This document shows positions 26,782-32,000 of a stretch of 32,000 nt of DNA, piece by piece (position 1 is the first letter of the stretch; every line of letters starts with the position of its first letter). The notes under the pieces were generated by a model that was not told the origin of the DNA, searched no databases, and saw nothing but the letters and a program-made list of their open reading frames with translations. Source of the DNA: Candidatus Saccharimonadota bacterium (GTDB lineage Bacteria > Bacteroidota > Bacteroidia > Cytophagales > Amoebophilaceae); the NCBI RefSeq assembly GCF_936981045.1, contig NZ_OW441264.1, positions 30,001-62,000 on the forward strand, read 5' to 3'. Both the position numbers and the translations under genes were made by a program.

Positions 26782-29181
26782 ATGAAAATATCCCTAAATT
26801 GGCTCAAGTCCTATATTGATTTTTCTTTAAAGGCCTCTGATTTGGCACCTCTTTTAACCCAAAGGGGATTAGAAGTGGCGCACATCTATCCTACTATTAA
26901 AGGTGGTTTAGAACGGCTTATAATAGGTGACATACGATCCTGCCTACCCCACCCTAATGCAGATAGGTTAAAGCAAACTTTAGTGGATATTGGATCGGGT
27001 AAGCTGTGCACCATTATTTGTGGTGCCCCTAATGTACAAGTCGGGCAGAAGGTAGTGGTTGCACCAGTAGGCAGTACAATTTATAATTATGTAGACCAAT
27101 CTCCTTTTCAAATTAAAAAAGTGAACATTAGAGGGGTATTATCTGAAGGAATGATGTGTGCAGAAGATGAGATTGGCATCGGCCCAGCACATGATGGCGT
27201 TCTAGTATTGGACACTACATTACCTGCCGGCACCCCTGCTAAAGACTACTTTAAAAATCTACTAGATGAAATCTTAGAAATTGAGATTACACCCAATAGA
27301 GGAGATGCCTGCTCACACCTAGGTGTGGCCAGAGAGCTTAAAGCTATTTTGCACCTTCCTACCACTCTTCCTTCCGTTGAAGCCTTTCATCCCATACGAT
27401 CTGACCCGCCATTAAAAATAGATAGCATAGATGCTGCGCTATGCCCACGTTATACTGGACTATTGCTTAAAAATATCTCCATTCAGCCTTCTCCCAAATG
27501 GCTGCGCACCAGGTTATCACACATTGGCGTCAAACTTATTAATAATGTAGTAGATGTAACCAACTTGGTATTACATGAACTGGGCCAACCATTACATGCT
27601 TTTGATTATGACACCATCATCGAAAAGTCGCTTAAGGTTCAGCTGTGCGCTCCAGCTACCTTATTTATAGGATTGGACGGCATAGAAAGAAAATTGGCCG
27701 GTCATGAGCTTATGATTTGCGACGGAGCAGGTCCTATAGCGATGGCTGGCATCCTGGGCGGACTCCGCACATGTATTACAGATGTCACGCAACATGTTTT
27801 TATAGAAAGTGCCTATTTTAATCCAGCGGTTATACGTCGTGCTGTCCAACAGCATAACCTTAAAACGGATGCTTCTTTTCGATTTGAACGCGGGACAGAT
27901 CCTAATCTTCCCCTTTATGCATTAAAAAGAGCTGTGCTATTATTACAAAAATTGGTCCCATCTGCACAAGCATATGAAGTTATAGAATATTACCCAAAGC
28001 CATTGGAACATTTTAATATTCCCATTTTTTATGCAGAAATTAACCGATGCTTGGGTAAAACGATTGGTCCAACCCTCATTAAACAAATTATAACAGACTT
28101 AGAAATAGATATTGAAGCAGAAACCGATAAAGGTTTTACGGCCAAGGTACCACCTTATAGGGTGGATGTTACCAGAAAAGTTGATCTGATTGAAGAAATT
28201 GCACGCATATATGGATATGATCGCATGCCCAGCCACTTAGCTGCTCCTTACCTCTCTCCTGAAAATAGAGTAGATAAAGCCTATAAGGTGGCAGAAGAAA
28301 TTAGTAAAGTATTGGTAGCCAATGGCTATTATGAAATATGCACTAATTCTTTAACCAAGGAGGCTTATGGAGCTATAGCGCCTACTCAAAAAGCAGTCCC
28401 TATTCTTAATCCACTCAGTGGATCTACCAATATATTACGTCCTACGCTGCTTTTTAGTGGGCTAGAAGTTATTGCCTATAATCTGACACGCCGCCAGTAT
28501 GACTTGAAATTGTTTGAATGGGGTACCATCTATAATCAAGCTAATGCAGCATACAACGAAGAAAAAAGATTAGCCCTTTGGCTTACTGGTCAGATAGAAT
28601 CACCCAACTGGGTACGTCAGCTGGGTTCTGTAACCTTACAGAATGTGCGGAACACGACAGAACAACTCATGGAAAAGTTAGGTATTACAGATCTATCTTA
28701 TAGAGCAGTAACGCATCCATTCTATACACAGGGTGTTCAAGGCGTACATAAAGATATAGTGGTAATAACTTTTGGCCAGGTGGAGTCATCTATTATAGAT
28801 TATTTTTCCCTTCAACAACCTGTTTTTTTTGCAGATATTAACTGGAGTCATTTGTTAAAGGTCAGTAGATCCGAAAAAGTTTATGAACCCATCTCTAAAT
28901 TTCCTGCTGTTAAACGAGACCTTTCTTTGATAGTAGATAAGACTGTTTTATTCCAAAACATAAAAGAGCTTATTCTAAAGCAAGGAGATAAAAATATTCA
29001 AGAGATCCATCTCTTTGATGTCTATGAAGGTCCGAATTTACCAGTAGATAAAAAATCTTATGCGATTCGTTTTACAATACAGGATAGAGAAAAGACACTG
29101 GATGACAAAAGTATTGACCAAATCATGCATAAGCTGATTCAAACTTTTGAACGTGACTTAAATGGCATCATTAGAAGATAA
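26782..29181 (+). CDS. pheT: Phenylalanine--tRNA ligase beta subunit
   Basis: The ORF-track entry is 26731..29181. The true start is probably ATG at 26782 (MKISLNWLKSYIDF, the canonical PheT N-terminus). About 800 aa, with tRNA-binding, B3/4, B5 and FDX-ACB domain order (ITPNRGDACSHLGVAREL; RFERGTDPN). Confidence 0.9.
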   Translation: MKISLNWLKSYIDFSLKASDLAPLLTQRGLEVAHIYPTIKGGLERLIIGDIRSCLPHPNADRLKQTLVDIGSGKLCTIICGAPNVQVGQKVVVAPVGSTIYNYVDQSPFQIKKVNIRGVLSEGMMCAEDEIGIGPAHDGVLVLDTTLPAGTPAKDYFKNLLDEILEIEITPNRGDACSHLGVARELKAILHLPTTLPSVEAFHPIRSDPPLKIDSIDAALCPRYTGLLLKNISIQPSPKWLRTRLSHIGVKLINNVVDVTNLVLHELGQPLHAFDYDTIIEKSLKVQLCAPATLFIGLDGIERKLAGHELMICDGAGPIAMAGILGGLRTCITDVTQHVFIESAYFNPAVIRRAVQQHNLKTDASFRFERGTDPNLPLYALKRAVLLLQKLVPSAQAYEVIEYYPKPLEHFNIPIFYAEINRCLGKTIGPTLIKQIITDLEIDIEAETDKGFTAKVPPYRVDVTRKVDLIEEIARIYGYDRMPSHLAAPYLSPENRVDKAYKVAEEISKVLVANGYYEICTNSLTKEAYGAIAPTQKAVPILNPLSGSTNILRPTLLFSGLEVIAYNLTRRQYDLKLFEWGTIYNQANAAYNEEKRLALWLTGQIESPNWVRQLGSVTLQNVRNTTEQLMEKLGITDLSYRAVTHPFYTQGVQGVHKDIVVITFGQVESSIIDYFSLQQPVFFADINWSHLLKVSRSEKVYEPISKFPAVKRDLSLIVDKTVLFQNIKELILKQGDKNIQEIHLFDVYEGPNLPVDKKSYAIRFTIQDREKTLDDKSIDQIMHKLIQTFERDLNGIIRR

Positions 29182-29446
29182 CCAAGAGGATCGACGCATC
29201 ATAGAGTGCTTTGAAAAAAGGCTTATGCAGCTACTAGAGGCTTATGCAGCCTACCAAAAACAAATCATCCAATTAACAGAGGAAAATCAGACACTAAAGT
29301 CCCTATTGGAAGCATCCAAAACAAACCTTAGCAGCTCCACTGCAGAAAACCATAAAGCTCTCCCATTCGACAACCATTTAGTGAATCAGATTAATAAGTA
29401 TATCAAGGAAATAGATCTCTGTTTAGCCTATTTTGAACAAGCATAA
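29162..29446 (+). CDS. Hypothetical small coiled-coil protein (upstream partner of zapA)
   Basis: 94 aa with heptad-like LMQLLEAYAAYQKQIIQLTEENQTLKSLLE. It overlaps the pheT stop by 20 nt, so the real start may be downstream (for example 29225). Confidence 0.4.
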   Translation: MASLEDNQEDRRIIECFEKRLMQLLEAYAAYQKQIIQLTEENQTLKSLLEASKTNLSSSTAENHKALPFDNHLVNQINKYIKEIDLCLAYFEQA

Positions 29447-29750
29447 AAATATGGAATCACTCTCTATAAAAATTAAAATAATTGATCGCATCTATCCCAT
29501 CAAGGTGCAACCAGAGGATGAAACCTTTGTAAGAACAGCTAGTAAAATTTTAACAGAACAGATTAGAGGTTATCAACAAAACCTTGGCATCCAGGATCAA
29601 CAAGATCTATTGGCTATGGTAGCATTTGATTGCCTGGTAAAATATTTAAAAGTGCAAGCAGCAGATACAAAGAAAGCGAATGCGCTTATGCAAAAAATAG
29701 GCAGTTGGAGCGATTGTATTGAAAAAACATTACAATCTAAAAGCAAGTAG
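29433..29750 (+). CDS. zapA: Cell division protein ZapA
   Basis: [34 protein letters not shown]...[13 protein letters not shown] matches the ZapA pattern (I.I.GR.Y.L.V...EE..L..AA..L). The start may be at 29451. Confidence 0.65.
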   Translation: MNKHKNMESLSIKIKIIDRIYPIKVQPEDETFVRTASKILTEQIRGYQQNLGIQDQQDLLAMVAFDCLVKYLKVQAADTKKANALMQKIGSWSDCIEKTLQSKSK

Positions 29751-31551
29751 ACTTTTTCCAGTCATTTCTTTAGATGGCGGTAAACCTAATACAGCTAATA
29801 AAGTTGGTGCAACATCCGCCAATGTACCAGGCCCTGTTAGGCTAGCGGGACGACCTATATAAAGCAATGCACAGGTGCTAGGGTATGTGCAGTGTGGGGT
29901 TGTTGTATGTGCGGATCATACATACATTCTGCATTACCATGATCAGCTGTAATAATGGCTTCACCACTTTGCTGCTTTAATGCAGCCACCATTTTACCCA
30001 TGCAACTATCTACAACTGTAATACTTGCTTCTGTAGCCAATTGGTTACCTGTATGGCCTAACATATCAGGATTCGCAAAATTACAAATGATTACATCATA
30101 AGCCCGTTGTTCAATCGCTTTAACCACTTGATTGGTAATGTCTAACACGCCCATCTCGGGCACTACATCATAGGTAGCTACCTTTTTAGAAGGAATAAGT
30201 AAACGAGTTTCACCAGGAAAAGGCTGTTCAATACCTCCATTAAAAAAGAAAGTAACATGAGCATATTTTTCTGTTTTTGCAATACGCAGCTGCGTCAAAT
30301 CTGCTTGGGCCAGACAGGCCCCTAAACCATTTTGTATAGATAGAGGCGGAAAGGCTATACGACTAACGTGAGTTCGGGATTAGATTATTTTTTCATTTGA
30401 TAATCAATATTAATAAAAATTTATAAAATTTGTTTTATAGACAGTTAAATAGGTAGTTGAATAACAAATAATTCTGATAATCAGTTTATTATATATATTA
30501 TATTTATAAAATTAGATATAAAAACTTATTAAATAGGTGCAAATATTAACTAAATAATTGATATTAAATTGTTGTAAATCAGTCAAATAAATCCCGAACT
30601 CACGTGACTAGGAATATCAGCTGCATATGTGGTTAATGAAACGAAATCACCTAAACGGGGAAAAACTGTACGTTTAAAATGTCTAAAATCAGGATCGGTT
30701 AAAGCACGACTGAGTTGTCTTACACGATCTGAACGAAAATTCATAAAAAAAACAATATCCCCTGAATCAATCGTTACAGGTGACCTACCTGGTGCATAAA
30801 AATCAGTAGGTTGTATAAATTCATCGGTTTCACCGCGTGCATAAGCTGCTTGCAATCTCCTTAAAAGGGTTGAAGCGTTATAGGCTGCTTGACCAGCTAC
30901 TATACAATCATAAGTCGCTTGGGTACGTTCCCAACGATGGTCTCTATCCATGGCATAATAGCGACCAGTCAGTGAAGCCACTTGACCTAATCCTATTTGC
31001 TGGCATTGCATTTGCAGTAGCTGGATGGATGTGGCTGCACTAGTCGGTAGTGTATCCCGCCCATCCAGAATGGCATGAATATAACAGCTTTTGATAGCCA
31101 CTTGCCCACACAATGCTAATAAGGCATCTATATGTTTTTCATGGCTGTGCACACCACCAAGTGACAATAGCCCTATTATATGAACGGATGCTTCCGCATG
31201 ATTTGCCTTACTTAAAGCGGATAACAATACCTTGTTCGTAAAGAAATCACCCGTTTCAATTGCCTTATTCAAACGTGTTAAGTCCTGATCCAGGACGCGA
31301 CCTTCTCCAATCGTCAAATGCCCCACTTCTGAATTGCCCATTTGACCTTCTGGTAAACCTACCGAACAACCAGATGCATCCAATAAAGTATGTGGGCAGG
31401 TCTGCATTAAATGGTTCCAATATGGGGTTTTTGCACCTGCAATAGCATTATAACGCGTTTCTGAAGAATGGCCCCAACCATCAAGGATCAATAAAACAAC
31501 AGGATGAGGTGGTTTGAATGTGCGCATAGACGCAGAAAAAAACAAAGCCAT
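29731..31551 (-). pseudogene. gpmI: 2,3-bisphosphoglycerate-independent phosphoglycerate mutase, disrupted by a MITE insertion and a C-terminal frameshift
   Basis: The N-terminal part is 30606..31551 (PVVLLILDGWGHS...GNSEVGHLTIGEGRV...). The middle part is 29855..30365 ([20 protein letters not shown]...ITADHGNAE...TAHT). The C-terminal tail, in another frame, is [42 protein letters not shown] and ends at 29731. The frameshift lies in the TATATAAA run at about 29856-29863. Confidence 0.85.
30366..30605 (-). mobile_element. 240-bp non-coding MITE, copy d, inserted in gpmI
   Basis: This copy is in inverted orientation relative to copies a-c. A perfect 5-bp direct repeat GACTA flanks it at 30361-30365 and 30606-30610. 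Confidence 0.9.
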
Positions 31552-31645
31552 TTAGGATCATGCAGCTTTCTGACAAGATTACCTAAAAACAAGCCCGCCC
31601 TTGTAAAAAACAAAGAAGACGCATAGCTGAGAAAAAAAACATCTC

Positions 31646-31750
31646 CCCTTTGTAAAAAGTTGCGATTAGAAAATCTAGCCCTAAAGCTGATCGGAAAATG
31701 AGCTTAATTGGGGCTTCAGGGCGGATTCTGATTTTCCAACTTTAAGGGTA
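31646..31750 (+). repeat. P-type palindromic intergenic repeat, copy P4
   Basis: The 5' arm CCTTTGTAAAAAGTTGCGATTAGAAAATCTAGCCCTAAAGC pairs with the 3' arm GCTTCAGGGCGGATTCTGATTTTCCAACTTTAAGGGTA. It ends 1 nt from the stop codon of the downstream-encoded pseudouridine synthase gene. Confidence 0.65.
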
Positions 31751-31751
31751 T

Positions 31752-32000
31752 CTATACTAAATTTTTAAGTTTACGAATCTCTTTATCCTTCAAAAAGATC
31801 CATTTGCCACGAGGGATATGCTGCTTAGTGAGATGGGCATAACCTACTCTATCTAATTTATGGACTACATAACCCAAATGTTTAAAAACCCTTCTAATAA
31901 TTCGGTTCTTACCGATATGGATCACCACGCCTATTTGTGTTGCATCTTCTTCTACTATAGCCGCCCGATCTACCTTTGCCAGACCATCTTCTAGTACAAG
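31752..32000 (-). CDS. Pseudouridine synthase (RluB/RsuA family), C-terminal part
   Basis: Hand translation of the minus strand gives ...EDGLAKVDRAAIVEEDATQIGVVIHIGKNRIIRRVFKHLGYVVHKLDRVGYAHLTKQHIPRGKWIFLKDKEIRKLKNLV* with the stop at 31752-31754. The pattern G.NR.IRR.F..LG..V..L.RV....L....L..G.W..L is characteristic of this family. Confidence 0.7.
   Translation of the reverse strand, partial: LVLEDGLAKVDRAAIVEEDATQIGVVIHIGKNRIIRRVFKHLGYVVHKLDRVGYAHLTKQHIPRGKWIFLKDKEIRKLKNLV

Noticed and set aside
4036-30605. The repeated 240-bp units or the short hairpins might be a CRISPR array.
   Set aside because: The copies are kilobases apart and sit in both orientations with terminal inverted repeats. 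There is no regular repeat-spacer periodicity and no cas gene in the window.
4753-31445. The ORF track lists antisense or overlapping ORFs inside housekeeping genes: 4753..4980, 6124..6339, 12016..12423, 13093..13305, 14452..14748, 14758..15054, 15479..15763, 17528..17869, 19110..19358, 22470..22658, 22828..23091, 25673..25924, 27661..27855, 30837..31043 and 31260..31445.
   Set aside because: Each lies opposite or overlapping a confidently identified conserved gene and has no recognisable motif. They are treated as shadow ORFs.

Overview
This is an AT-rich bacterial chromosome segment. Short blocks of ordinary housekeeping genes are separated by a very dense layer of mobile and repetitive DNA. 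The housekeeping genes are recG, an FNR-like reductase, floA, an lptD-like gene, nhaP2, lpd, a crotonase, a Leu/Val dehydrogenase, nusB, pepF, malic enzyme, pheT, zapA and an rluB-like gene.

The mobile layer has four components:
- Five copies plus one solo end of an IS6-family element (terminal IR GGTTCTGTCGCG). One copy carries a nested group II intron. Another carries a nested, decayed IS256-family element.
- One further IS256 end remnant.
- Four full copies and one half copy of a 240-bp non-coding MITE (TIR ACGTGAGTTCGGGAT). One full copy splits the phosphoglycerate mutase gene gpmI.
- A family of roughly 105-130-nt intergenic palindromic repeats, plus a smaller recurring hairpin motif.

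Gene content and IS load resemble an IS-swamped intracellular Bacteroidota symbiont (Amoebophilus/Cardinium-like). That attribution is inference only.

I found no rRNA, intact tRNA, CRISPR array, or recognisable multi-gene defence, toxin or secretion system. The material worth a second look is:
- the nested architecture of the mobile elements;
- a nonsense codon shared by four IS6 copies;
- the uncharacterised MITE and palindromic repeat families;
- a fresh-looking MITE knockout of gpmI;
- a DnaA-box cluster next to recG that could mark oriC.

All coordinates for repeats and junctions were worked out by eye against the printed sequence and may be off by a base or two.
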